Position numbers and translations under genes: made by a program
The notes under the pieces: model-generated
What the model was told of the DNA's origin: nothing
What the model saw: only the letters and a program-made list of their open reading frames with translations
Databases searched by the model: none
Part shown: piece after piece, positions 9,909 to 23,400 of the stretch
Layout: every line of letters starts with the position of its first letter
Position numbering within the stretch: position 1 is the stretch's first letter
Assembly: GCA_965113315.1 (NCBI GenBank)
Contig: OZ220367.1
Reading direction: 5' to 3' (one strand)
Source of the DNA: Podarcis vaucheri
Taxonomy: Eukaryota
DNA: 64,000 nucleotides

Positions 9909-12900
9909 GCAGCTGGCCTGCCTTCTCCTCCTATGGTATGAAGCAAAATGGGCAAAACCCCAAGAGTTTGCAGTCCCAACTTCATTAACATGCAGCCTTA
10001 AAAAGAGTTCTGGAGAACTTGAAAGCTTGATCACTATTACACTGTATTTGCCCCCAGAAAGATACTACTCTGTTGTGACTTTTAGATACTCTCGAATGAG
10101 CTGACATGGCTTTCTCCATTTTTTCCACAGAACCTTGTGCGCAATTCCTCCCCGTCCTGGACTAGCTGCCCGTGATGGTATGTTAATAGCCACAAGTCGG
10201 TTCCTAGTTTCACAGTTACCAAAAGGGGGCAGCTGTTGCCTGCAGTGCAAAAAATCAAAAGGTGATTTATTTCTACATTTTTTTCTTTTCTTTTTTTGGG
10301 TTGAGAGCAGTGTCTTGTTTCTACTCTGTGCACTTAGATGGGGAGATAGGTATCTCCTTTGTCTATCTGTGTGCCTCAGGAACCATGCCAGCTTCCTGGA
10401 AGCATACCTGTAAATAAAATGGATCCCTTTCTGCAAATGCAACCACGACATGATCTTATCAGTGACATGTGCTCATCTGCTTTGCTGAGGGCCTCTCAGG
10501 GGCAGGTTTCTGGGAGCAGCTGCAAAAAATGTAGCTGCTGGTCTAACTGAATCAGAACAGTGAGTCGATATGGTGAGGTAAGGCAGAAATGTGGCCCCCA
10601 GAACAAGGAAAGGGATGTAGTGGTAGAGCATAGGCATTGTAAGCCCAGGTTCCCAGATTCAACCATGGCAGTGCCAATTAAAAGTCTGGAACAGGTAACA
10701 TGCCTGGAACAGACACGAAGCCTGTGACATTGGAGTGGCATGGGAGACTTTAGGAAGAACAACCTATTTGCCAGTCCCACCAAATGTTCCTATGTAAGAT
10801 GTGCAAAGGGAAAACAAAATTTATTCCTTTCCCTTTAATGTAAGCCTAGCCTATTCTTCATATTCCCTACCAGTTCATCACTTTCTCTTTTCTCTTGGCC
10901 TAATCAATCAAAAATTGCATTGATGCCTCAAGGATATTTATATATTTTTCATGGATCTCGGTAGGGTGATTCTGTGGCAGAATGCATTGGGGAGTGAGCA
11001 GCCCATTGTAAGATTTTTAGTTGGACCAATGCCAACAAACTTACTATCCACAAATAACTGACCATCTTGTATGCACAGTAAAACAAGGGCCATGTCTTGA
11101 CTACTATGGGTTGGATGGTTTAGTGGGAATGTGCATGACACTAGTCCGCTGGGATAGGATCTCATTTATTTTTTCTGAAGGGTTTTCAAGGCCTTGTTAT
11201 GATCAAAAGGTAGTAAATATAGGCCAGATCACTATCAGCTGATCGATGATTAAATGACTCACCAAACAAGATGTGCACCTGCTCACCATTTTGCTCTTTG
11301 ATTGCTCTTCTGTTAGCCCTAGATGGTTCCAATTTCATTAAGTGTGTAAGTATCTGTAGCCATGTATTCTGCATCTTTTGTTTCAATAGGCATTTTAAAT
11401 GTGATGTATGTGAGTTGTTGTTAGGCTAATTCTTGTATAAGGAAAGAAAGAAAGCACATCCCTAAACACGTTTATTCAGAAGTAAGCCCAACATGGGAGT
11501 GCATAAGATTCCAGCATAAGTCTCCAGCATAAGTATCAATAAGCTGCTTTCCTCATTTTGCTTGCTTGTTTGGCTGCTTCATTGTGAAGATTATGAATCT
11601 TTGGACTACTCCACCCATTTTACAGCCACAAACATGAGCTTACCAGTACTTCTACATGCAGTAGGAAGTTGCATCAATCCTTGTGTGATATACACAGTAA
11701 AATATTTGTGCACATGCGCATAAAACACCATGTGAAGCTGCCATACAATAGCAGATTATTATTGGAACAAGCAGCACATGCTCACAGTTTGGATACCTCG
11801 TGATGTTGAATGTGTTTACCTCAACACAAAAAATGAACAAAAAATATATTTTTACATCCCACCAGGACCACAAGTTAGGCTTCGTTCAAAGTTTGATTAA
11901 TGGGGAAAGCAATAATAAGATCCAAGCTGAGGTGTGATTAAATAGCAGTGGAATATCATATATACATGTGTAAAACTAGACCTTCCAAGGATAATATGGG
12001 GATTCCAAATTGTTTATGCATTTTTCGGTTGTGACAGAAGCTTGCAATAAAGGGCTGTTTCTTGAGTGGTTCTTTCTATCTGAACCAAATGAACTCTTTG
12101 CTCAAGAGCTTTAGAACTTGTCAACCAAAGCAAATGTAAGCCTCCCTGACTCACCTGTTCCACCTTAGCTTTCATGATTTGTAATAGCAGGTGTATCTAA
12201 TTCAATTAGAAGGCTTAAAATAAGTTGAAGTAGGTCTCTTGCTTCAGCTAAAATGGTACTAAATAGGAATCAGCATTTGGTCTGTCTGTCTAAAATTAAG
12301 ACTAACCAATTTGCAGTACAAAAATGTAGCTTTTCTCAGTTCAGTATTGTTCATGCTCATCCTTAGCATGGTGTTTTCAGTCTATATTGACTCTCAATCC
12401 TGCCGCTTACAAAGTTTGGTGTGGTTACTTGATACATGTTTGAAACCTGTCCCCTTGACTAGGCTGTGCCTTTTCCTACTTGCATGCGTCCAAAGTGAAT
12501 GTAGAAGGCAGTGGTGATTGCAGTCTTGGCATACGCCCACCCACAATGCACTGGGCAGGTCTGAATACATCCTTCCCTATTGCCTGGACAACCTACTTCT
12601 GTTTTCTATTGGATAAACTGTGGGGTAATCAAACTCTGCAGAATCAGTCTGCAGTGAACTTTGACTTTCAGAATGTCTTAAGAAGGGGCAAATAAATATG
12701 CAGTACATGTAGATAGTGTGTAGACTCCTTTAGGGGAAAAAACCAAACGCAATCTCCGCTGATTCTAGAATAAATGCAGCCATAAGCTGCATCTGCAAAA
12801 AGAGCACAAAAGCTTGTATTACTTGTTGCACCGGCTCTTTATAACAGCTGACCTTTAAAACAACCAGATTCTTTTTCAAAGTCTGTTTTATTTCTAAGAT

Positions 12901-14563
12901 TCCATTATTATATGAGTGTTCTTTCAGTCTCTTGCTGCAAGGAGGAGGAGGAGGGCTTGAAGTCCCCAGCCTAATGAGCCAACTTGTTGTATGTTGGATC
13001 CATATCAAAAGGGAGGCAGTAATTAATTAAAGTTGTACCTACTGCTTGACACTTTCTAATGATTTATTCCCATCCCATTTTTTGGCAACACTTGTTGTAG
13101 GGCCTGTTGTTCTAGGCAAGTACACACTTCAACTATTTTGATGATTATGTCTGCTGGGGAGAAGAGTTAAGCAAAATTGCTATGAACTGTGTTCCTTAGA
13201 ATTATATGTAGTCACCTACATGCCTGCCCTCTTGGCAAATGTAGGATCAATTCACCCAGCTAAGAATGTGAGTTGAATTTAGGCATATGATGCTCAGATT
13301 TTTAGGTGCTTTGGGTTGCGTTTTAGTGTGTATAACTGCCTGCCTATCTTTCTTAGGTGATAATAAGCATACACAGAAACTACAAAAAGCAGAAAGGAGT
13401 TGTTTTATTTGACATTAGTTGCTTCCTACAAAATAGTCTTTAAGCGACATACAAAAAGGTTGAATATCAACTTAAGGAGCCATTTCTAGATGGTAAATAT
13501 CCAGTTTGCACGACTTTTTGATATCTGGTTGCATGGGCTGAGTTAGGGCATGGAACAAAGCAGATCTATGGTTATATATTTCATTGCCTCATCATTTCTG
13601 GAAACATTTGTGTTAGGAAAGTTATAGTGTGTGTTCTAAACAGCAGGAACTTTTGACGTGGTGAAACATTTGCAGGGACACTTTGTCTGCTCATACTTGA
13701 TTCCTCATCATCGCTTGAAACTCCATATCCTTCACACACTTCGATAATTGTCCTAATCCTTCTCAGTTCTCTTGTGTGTTTTTTAAAAAGAATCAAAAAT
13801 CTATACCAAAGTTGCAACTCTTAAACACTAAACTACCAACAGACATTAATGTCCAACCTTCTGTGTCAACATATGAAGAAGGTAGTATAATCGAACAAAT
13901 AGTGTACAATGGTGCTTTTGGTTTTACATCTCAGAGGCTACATTTTCAAACCACAAACAGATCAAACTTCTTCGTACAGTGATGCATATTTTGCCCAGTT
14001 GACTTTCAGCACATTTTCCCTTTTGGAAGCCACAAGTTTTAGTAAAACATCAGAGCTCCATTTTTTCTTGTTTCTTTGAATGGGTCTTATTCCAGGTTCT
14101 CTGCGGAAAGGGGAAGAAGGACCATAGCTCAGAGCATCTGTGTCCTTGGTTGTTCCCCTTCAGCTGCAGTCTTGGTGACTGTCCCTCAAATACAAGTTAT
14201 GGATAAGGCCAGACTAGACACATGAGGCAATTATGTCTTGGAGAGATGTGGTGCCCTATTTACATATAACTCAGAGGTGGAATCTACTTTTTGCACCAAA
14301 ATAGAGTGCATTGAGGAGGGGAGCAAAACCTGCTCTTCTCTTGCCTGGTTTTGCCGCTGTCTGTAGGTTTAAGCCAAGGGGACGGGTGAGGGAGGCATCT
14401 TTTCCAGCCCAGGGGCCATGTTTCCTTCTGGGCAACCTTCCAGGGAGTCAGATGTCAGGAGTGGGCAGGGCCAGAGACAAAAGTGTGTGGAGAAATGAAT
14501 ATAAATGTTACATTTGTACATAGTTTTCCACCCATGCTCATTTACACCTCTCTAACCATCATC

Positions 14564-15190
14564 TCCTGGCAAATAGAAGGGGAAGAAATGGAGGCAGTGA
14601 GAGATTTTACTTTCTTGGGCTCCATGATCACTGCAGATGGTGACAGCAGTCACGAAATTAAAAGACGTCTGCTTCTTGGGAGAAAAGCAATGACAAACCT
14701 AGACAGCATCTTAAAAAGCAGAGACATCACCTTGCCAACAAAGGTCCGTATAGTTAAAGCTATGGTTTTCCCAGTAGAGATGTATGGAAGTGAGAGCTGG
14801 ACCATAAAGAAGGCTGATCACTGAAGAATTTATGCTTTTGAATTATGGTGCTGGAGGAGATTCTTGAGAGTCCCATGGACTGCAAGAAGATCAAACCTAT
14901 CTATTCTTAAGGAAATCAGCCCTGAGTGCTCACTGGAAGGACAGTTTGTGAAGCTGAGGCTCCAATACTTAGGCGACCTCATGAGAAAAGAGGACTCCCT
15001 GGAAAAGACCCTGATGTTGGGAAAGATGGAGGGCACAAGGAGAAGGGGACGGCAGAGGACGAGATGGTTGGATAGTGTTCTCGAAGCTACCAGCATGAGT
15101 TTGACCAAACTGTGGGAGGCAGTGGAAGACCGGAGTGCCTGGCGTGCTCTGGTCCATGGGGTCACAAAGAGTCGGACACGACTAAACGAC

Positions 15191-15227
<37 letters not shown>

Positions 15228-15228
15228 C
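14564..15228 (+). mobile_element. BovB (RTE-clade LINE), 5'-truncated, RT C-terminal region with one internal stop
   Basis: Translation SWQIEGEEMEAVRDFTFLGS...LEKTLMLGK...[13 protein letters not shown] is typical BovB; (CAA)n tail; TSD ccatcatc at 14556-14563 and 15229-15236. Confidence 0.93.
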
Positions 15229-16112
15229 CCATCATCCAAACAAGTAGAAGTTTGAGGCCACATTTCAGCCGGGAAAATGTACTAGGGAGTGCAAAGTAGG
15301 ACAAGTAAGAGGTGTGGCCTGGGGAGAGTTCTGAAGGCCAGAAAGAGGCCCAGAGGACCACAATTGGGCCACATAGTTAAGAGCCCCTTTCTGGCTTAAG
15401 CGTTTATTTTTCTGCCCACATCAGAGCTGGGCTTGGGGGCAGAGTGCTTAAAAGAAATGGAGCACAGCTTTAGCAGTGTTAGGCATTCTTCTTACCTGCC
15501 TGCTATTTGGTGGTGGTTTTGGTTAGATGCAGACACTTCCATCCCTGATTTATATAGGAATAGGGAAAGCACACACTTAAGGTATCATATCTAGTTTGGT
15601 CATGTGTGTTTATAATAATATAATATATATACACAGTATTAATATGTATTATAAATGCAGCTCAGGCTCCTTTAAAACTTTTGCACAGCTGTTGTTCCAT
15701 TCACAGCTATGAACATTCAGACTCTTAGTGATACAGATGTTTGTAAGTACTGCCTAATAAATTTATTCATAAGTGCATGCTATGTTTGCTGCTCTCAGTT
15801 TTTCCTTTAAAAGAGTAGAGCGGGGCAGCTGGGTGAAATAATTTCCCTTGAGAAATCTGAGATCTAAAGTTGAGATAGGAGTGTCATGAAAACACCCTTA
15901 TCTCCCTAAACTTTGTGCTATAGCGTCCTGGTCGACTCACCTGCCAGGGCAAGTGGGGACTTGTTCATGTGTTTCTGGGAATTTACAGTCAAGCAGTTCT
16001 GGAGTTATTTGAGTGCGCATTTGTGGGGAGTGGAGAAATATATCATTATCTTATTGGCATGTACCAGGAGATGGACTGGAGAAAGAGGGAACCAGAGCTA
16101 TTTGAGGAACTC

Positions 16113-16156
<44 letters not shown>
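16113..16156. repeat. (GTT)n microsatellite
   Basis: Direct reading. Confidence 0.95.
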
Positions 16157-16157
<1 letters not shown>

Positions 16158-16176
16158 CACCTTCATTTGGTTAAAC

Positions 16177-16302
16177 AAGGAATGGGGCCCTCCAGTTGTT
16201 GGACTACAACACCTGTGTTCCTTGGCCATTGGCCATGCTTGTTGAGTCCAGTGGGAACTGGAGTCCAACAGCATCTGAAGGGCCACAGCTTCTCCATTCC
16301 TG
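16177..16302. mobile_element. Short hAT MITE (same family as 35689-35824)
   Basis: ggccctccag.tgttggactacaac... / ...gtccaacagcatctgaagggcc palindromic arms. Confidence 0.65.
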
Positions 16303-17400
16303 GGTTAAAAACAGAATGACCTGTCCTGTAGAGAATCAGCCCTTTGAGCATTAATTATGTTTGTAAAATATAAGAAACTAGGTATACAAGTGTCAGGCAA
16401 ATGTCCAGAATTCAGCTAGTAAAATAAGAGGTGGTGGGATTTGAGTCTCCCTAGAAAGCATACGGCCTCTGACGTAGGGACATGGACTGTGGTTGGCAAG
16501 GAGAAGCACTTGCGCCTTTTCAAACGTACTCTGCTTGAACTACCAGTTTGTAGATGCAAAGAACCACTTGGTTAATACATGGTATAGGAAAATGAGGCTC
16601 CAGGGCATCCCAAAAGCCTCTGGAAAGATTTAGGACCAGCAGTCCTATGTTAAATACGTTTCTACTGTTTTTAGCTCTGACATTACCTTTGGCCAAATAC
16701 CTGAAAGGATATTAATCACTATCTCAGACTGTATCCAAGTAGCTCGATGTAGCAATGTTGAGTTCTCAGCTGGCCTTCCATTAGGTATTAGCCAGGCTCA
16801 GATCTACGTGCCTCCATTGATAGAGCTATGCTGTGTGACATCTTTCTTTATATATCTAGTCTACCTTCAGCAAGAGATGCTGATCCGTAGGCATTAATAT
16901 GCTGCTTCCCAGAATTCTAGCCTAAAGCTTGCTATTGAAAAACAGTGCTGAACCTGAGGAGCTCAAATTAAGGTTTGTGAGTTGGTAGATGGGGCATTAC
17001 ATATATAGCACAGCACATGATTCACAAACAATAGATCAAGACTCGCCAATGAGTCATGGCAGCCTTACGTCACCAAACTATAGTTTCCATGTACAGTTCA
17101 AATGGAAAGTTTTAGCTACAGTAAACATGGGCACTAGCCAGCTAGATAGAGGCCAGATCTTTGTTTATGCAAAAATGTCATTGCTGTTTAGAGCAGCATA
17201 AGGAGGTTTATAAGTAGCTCATAAGGTTAAATGGTGCTGATGTGTGACATACAGTCAGAAAAAGGATCTGTTTGCAATTCTACAGCATGCACCAGCTGCC
17301 ACTAATACCTTTTGATAGTCAAGATCTTAAAAGTCAGATAATATGTTTAGCACCTTTCCTAGAAATAGTATGTGCCTTTTTATCCCGCAGTGCTGTCATC

Positions 17401-17452
17401 ATGAGCCTCTTGATGTGTCTTACCTACGCTTGCATTTTCCTGTTTTCCCAAG
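17401..17452 (+). CDS. VWA2: VWA2 first coding exon, signal peptide (MSLLMCLTYACIFLFSQ)
   Basis: Exon 17391-17452; acceptor cccgcag|, atcATG context, G|gtgagt donor. Confidence 0.9.
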
Positions 17453-20400
17453 GTGAGTTTACAAGGTAAATAATCGTGGGTGGACTGTGGTGTCCTGCAA
17501 AATCTGCCCTTTTAAACACAGGAGAAAGGTGGTGATGGTTGTAGAATAAGGAATAAGGCTGCATCCACTCAGGCACAAATTTGTATGGTACTTGTTCATC
17601 AGCTCCACACAGATGTGTGACCAAATCATACACTGTGCTGTGCTGGGCATGAACAGAAAATGAACAATATCAATGGTACAAATCTTAAAACAGCATTTGT
17701 GTGGTGTCCAGAATGGTATACAACCAGGTCGCTCTCTTCGTTATTTAAGTTACAACATTCCACACAATCCTTCTTTCTGATCCTGTTGTCTCACAGCAAC
17801 AGGAATCAAGCTGACTCACCCAGCCAAACTGTTGCTAGCCAAACCGTTGCTTACTGCAACACACAGGAGGCTGAGAGTTCCCCGAGAGGAGATCACACTT
17901 TCTTCACACCACCTCTGGTTCTCCTGTTGCTGTGCTTCTGCAAGCTTAACCATTATTTGGTTTAGGGTGTCATCCAAACCTGGGCTTGTGATTTGTTTTG
18001 CTGGAGACAAGCCCAGGTTTGGATGACAAACTAAACTTGACTTAAAGCATCTCAACAGGAGTAGGAACAGAAAGAATAGCTGCAATCTCATTTTTGGGAG
18101 CCTGTATGCCTAGGACATTCATATGCCGTAGTTTGGCATGGCATTATGTCTAAACCTTCTCAAAGTTCTAGTTTATCAAGATCTGTCTGGAGGGCCCAAG
18201 CAAGATGTACCAATACGTGAGCCACAAAACTCTCCAGTGAACCCCTTCAAACAAACTTTATGCTGTGACCTGGTAAAGTTTGAAAATGATTAACAAATAT
18301 TTTCAATTGTAAGGAAATTACTCAATTTATACACTGATACCAGTCAGATTTAAGTCAGCTCCGTCAATTCCATAACATTTTGTTCAGTGTTGAAGCAACA
18401 TGGGTGGTATTTAACCCAGAGTAGACCCATTGAAACTAATGATCATGACGACTATTAATTTCAGTGGGTCTACTCAAGAGTAAAATTTAGTTGAATACCG
18501 CCTAGTATTCTTTTGTGTCTTGCGTACCTTGATAGCCTTTCTGCAGCTGAAAAAGCTAGATTATTGTGCTTATCGTATGACCATTTGCATCTTTAAATGG
18601 GTGCCAAAGAGAAAGCGCACAAGCTATCCTGTCCTCAGGGGCAGAGGAAGGGGGGTGCAGTGGGGCGATGCGCCCCGGGTGTCACCACTGAGGGGGGGTG
18701 AAAAAATGGCGGGCGGCACTCACGCAGCACGCCCAAGTCACGCATCTCTCCTGGGAATGACGCGGTGGCTTGGGTGCCCGCAGGCTCCGCGCTGTCCCAA
18801 ACTGTCTGCCTGCTGCCTCCCCTCCAACTGTGGGGCGGCTGAGTGGGAGGAGGCAGGCAGACTCCTCAGAGGCCCCGCAGCGCATCCTGCCCCGGCTGGC
18901 CCCACCCTTGGGCGCAGGTCATGTGCGCCGCCTGGGTGCCCGGTGGGCTTGCTCCACCGCTGCCTGTCCCTATCCTGATATTTTCTGGAAATCATCTGAA
19001 AGTAATGCATTAAAGAGGTTTTGTTAAAATATTTTGGTAATAGCTGGTTAACTGTGTTGACAACTTGATTTTACAGCACTTGTGTCATGGAGCATCCAAG
19101 AACTGCACGTCAGCCAGGAAACCATTGAGAAAATTTCAGCAGCTGGCCAGTGTGAGTGTTTTTTGTTTGTTGCACAAAAAGCTCTTGCAATGCCTAGTTC
19201 TCCCGCCTGCAGATTTGTACCCTTCATTACATGATCAACATATTTTTATTCACCCAGCTATTTAAAAGAATTTCTGATCTTTGACTATGAGCTCCTAATG
19301 TCAGTTGTGCAATTTATTCTATATTTATGCTGCCAAGCTGGCTTGATCTGCAGGCTGAAAAGTTTTTATGTTGCTGTAGTGGGAGGTGAACTTGGGGAGA
19401 AGAGCAGCTGTGGAAACTGTATGGTTTATACCCATTAATTGTGTGTTGGGATGTGTGCTTGACACCTTTGGCTGCGCATTCTGAGTATATGTCTTTTTTC
19501 CTAGCGGATTAATTTCAGCTATAGTATTATCCTCTGTTGCTGAAACATCTCAGTGTTCCAGCAACCATTTAATGAGGGGTGCAGTGGACTATTGCCAGAT
19601 AGGAATTAACAAGGTTACTGTATAACATGACTCAGTGGCTTTCAGTGGAATGCTTTAAAACTTTCAATCCCTTTTAATCTGTTTTTAAGGGGGGGGGGCG
19701 GACTGATTTCAAATCTTTTTAACTAGGCAGAAATCGAAGCCAAAGGGGATAATCAGTGCTGTCCTGGAAGACAAAGTAAAAGAGAGAGGAAATCAAGAAT
19801 AAATACATGGCTGCCTTACTTAAAAATGCAAATTTTTCATTCCTTGCTGCATGAACTGTTCCTACTTGTTTTTTTTTAATTAGTTCAGTTTTTATATATC
19901 AGAGGAGTTAGGATGGGTAACAATGGTTTAAGGTGGGAGGGGGCTATAAAAACAAACACAGTACACCATAATATGTAAGTTACGTAGGATTTAAATTGAC
20001 CCACTATACCTGTTGAATGTCAAAATCTTTTATCAATTAAATGCTTCTTGTCCCCCTAATGCATTTTATCTGCAGGGGGGTTTCCCCTGCATTGAGGGGC
20101 AGCTGGGCCATACCACTGGTCCCATTCACAGATGACACCGTTCCAGCCACCTACTGTTCACAAGTTGAGTCTGGAAGTCTGAGCAAGGAAGCATATGCAT
20201 GCAGACCTCTATGCAGTGTGTTTTTGCTTTTTTTAAAAAAAATTTAGAGGTACTCTCATTTTCCTACTCATATTGAAATACTGCCCCTCAATTTAGATAC
20301 ACAAAATGTTGGGGGATATGCGTACCCCTGTGTGTGTCCCCCAGAAAAAACACTGCCTCTATGCAAAGTACAATCCTATATGATGGGTAGTCCAGGTCAG

Positions 20401-23400
20401 TAAAACCCTACATGCATAGAAATCATAGGGTCCAGGGAGCTGGGGACAGGGTTTGGGCCCTCATGTGAAGGGGTCTCTTGGAATAGGCTAAACAAAAATA
20501 TAGGATGTAGGGAAATCATAACTGGCTTCCCCAATGTTTGCTTTTACTTATAAGCAGATGATAGTGGAACTCTGAATTTGATTGGAGCAGTATAGAGCAA
20601 GGCGATTTAACTCTTCCCTTAAAGATGGCATTTCTTGTTACTTTATTAGAATAATGTGGGTCCCACCTTTTACATCTACCAGAGTAGGACTCTGAGAAGC
20701 TAAGAACATTCAAGAAACAACAAAGCAATCATTAAAAATTAAAATGGGGAGGGGAAGAAACAAGACACAAGAGGGCAGATAACTGAGAACATCATCATCT
20801 GCTTAAAATAAACAAGGCGAATAAAAAGCCGGGCTCCTCTACTGCACACAGCAGCTTCTGAGGTGTGGCTTGAACACTGGGCGGGGTGGAAAGGCTAGCA
20901 GGCCCCCTTCTCTTGGTGTCACTGCTGTAATCAAAATGAAGACAACCATTTCTCCTGCATGGCTGCTGTTAAAAAACATAGCATTAGAAACTTTAGGAAC
21001 GCTGATCTTAGATTTCTCCCACATTTAATGGAATTTGGCACATATAGCCTGGGGGAATACGATTTGTAAGATTCCATTTCTGATTTTGCCCATTGTCTCT
21101 GCTGTAGTTGGGCTTTCAGTAAGTGAATCTGATAGCTTTTCTGTGCACTGTTTTGAGTGCTGTGGCATGGAAGCAGCCTTTACTTGCTGACATGCTTATT
21201 CCCTATTTATCAGTGTAGTCCTTTTTCTTTCCTTTTTTTATAACTAATTTCAGGGATGCAGAGTATATACAGTGACTGAAACAAATGTTTTCCAAATTTC
21301 CAAGGGCATGTTTGTGCTTTGCACATTTTCACAGGCCCCTCCCTGTAAAATGAAAGGACAACCTTAGCTTAATCCAACTCTGTCAACTTGAAGCTTCTAC
21401 CTTGGCACACACTCCTAGCAACTAGTAATTGCCTTGCAGGCAAGTTTGTGCATGCTCAGGTAACACCAGGACATGGTCTCAGGAAAACCTGATGCTAGTA
21501 TGAAACTGACTCTGTGAAACTTGTTTCAAGCAAACCACAAGTGTTTAAACTTATGGATTTAATAGAATCTTAGAGCCGCAAGAGACTGTAAGGATCATTA
21601 ATGCCAAGTCCCTCAGGCAGAATGCAATGTACCTAAATCATCCTTAACAAAGCTATAAAGCCAAAAGAGGCTCCACGACATCTCGTTTGTGTCTTTAAAT
21701 AATAAGAGAGAGAGAAAATTCCTCTCAGCGCATAGGCAGTCATGATTAATCAGCAATTTATGGCAGCTAGTATTGCAGATATAACTTCTCCTCTCAGACT
21801 GTAGTTTCTATGATACTATGACATCCCCCCCCCCCGCCATGAGAAGGTTAGTTGAGCTTAGAGGAGTGAGCCATCTTTGGGGAATACCTGACCCTGAAAG
21901 TTGTTGACCCCACTAGGGATGTGCTTTAAGGATTAGTACAGAATCTGTGGTTCTGCAAAAGTTCTTGGGCTGTAATTCCCATCATCCTTGGGCATTGGTC
22001 ATCCTGGCTGAGGCTGATGGGAATCAGAGAGTCCAACAGTATCTTGAGGGTTGCAGGTTTAAAGGCTTTCTCAGGCTGGTGTTTGGAACCACAAGGCAAG
22101 ACAGTTGCTTGCAACATGTAACCATATGCTACGTTCAATATTATCATCTCTCCCACTTCCTGGAGTTTGGAATGGCTGGAGTGATGCTGGTTAGATCCTG
22201 ATCACTTGTGATTACAGACACTGCACAGAGGACAGAGAGGCGTGTGTGAGTGTGATAAAACTAGCCTACAGTACAGAGATTAAATTCACAGTTATTGTTC
22301 TGCCTATTTTTGCCTGTGCCCCTTGCACTGAAAAGGGTTCCCCACTTGTGAGCTAGAGGCTGAAAATTTCAGTAACTGGGAACAAAACAAAGAAGTGCAA
22401 TGTACTGAGTTTTTGTTTAATGAATGGTGATGTGCATTTGAATTCTTATTTCCTTCTGGACCTTCACTTCCTAATGTATTATAATGAATGTTATCCTTGG
22501 TTTCTTTTCAGCATGTATACTTCACCCCACCCCCTGCCAGTCTTCTTCTCCTCCTCCTTCTGTCCTCCCAGCCAACCTGACTTCTTAACATTATTACTAT
22601 GTGTTGTGATTAAAAGACCCCTCTCTCTTCTGCCAGTAATGAATTGCTCTGCCCCGGTTGATGTCTTGTTTCTGATCGATGGATCCTACAGCATTGGCAA
22701 AGGGAGCTTTGAAAGGTCAAAATACTTAGCAATCAAACTTTGTGATGCTCTGGACATCAATCCAGGAAAGGTGAGCACCCTCCACCCCCAGTTTATTCCA
22801 CTCACTGGGTGCCATGTAGAATCTGGGAGATGCATGTTGTGTAGGGTTGTGCATGTTGTGTATGTCTGTAGGAGAATATAGACAACTTGGGGAATTCTTG
22901 TTAGTTTATCTTTATGGGGTTTGCTAGTTCACTTCCCATGTCTGTTCTTGCTGTAGCCATTTTGAGCATTCCTGGAATGGCAGCAACTGCATAAAAATAA
23001 ATCCGCCTTGTTGACCTTCCCCTCCCCTTTCAGGTCAGAGTGGGAGCAATACAGTTCAGCAACACTCCTCATTTGGAGTTCCCTTTGGATGCATATTTCA
23101 CCAAGCAGGAGATAAAAGACAAACTCAGGAAGATTGTGTTCAAGTAAGAATTATTATATGTGCGAGTTCTTATTAAGGAGGTTAAAATAAGTAGTTGGCA
23201 AGTAATAGTTTCATTCTGATAGTTGCATGTTCCTGTTGTATTTGGAACATTTTACTTTCGATGTTGTGAATGAAATATTTAACGATTTATTCCTTGATTT
23301 ATATCCTGACTTCATTATTTTATGGAATCGGGGGGGGGGGCATCTATTTGATTCCCAGCTGGTCTCCTGTCAACCAGACCACCAGCTTAGCTTCAGCAAT

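Noticed and set aside
13581-13817. Minus-strand ORF containing SSDDEESS
   Set aside because: Short, non-ATG start, no recognisable family or consistent splice sites.
15913-16319. PolyV, polyC and polyT ORFs
   Set aside because: Translation of the (GTT)n microsatellite plus a MITE.
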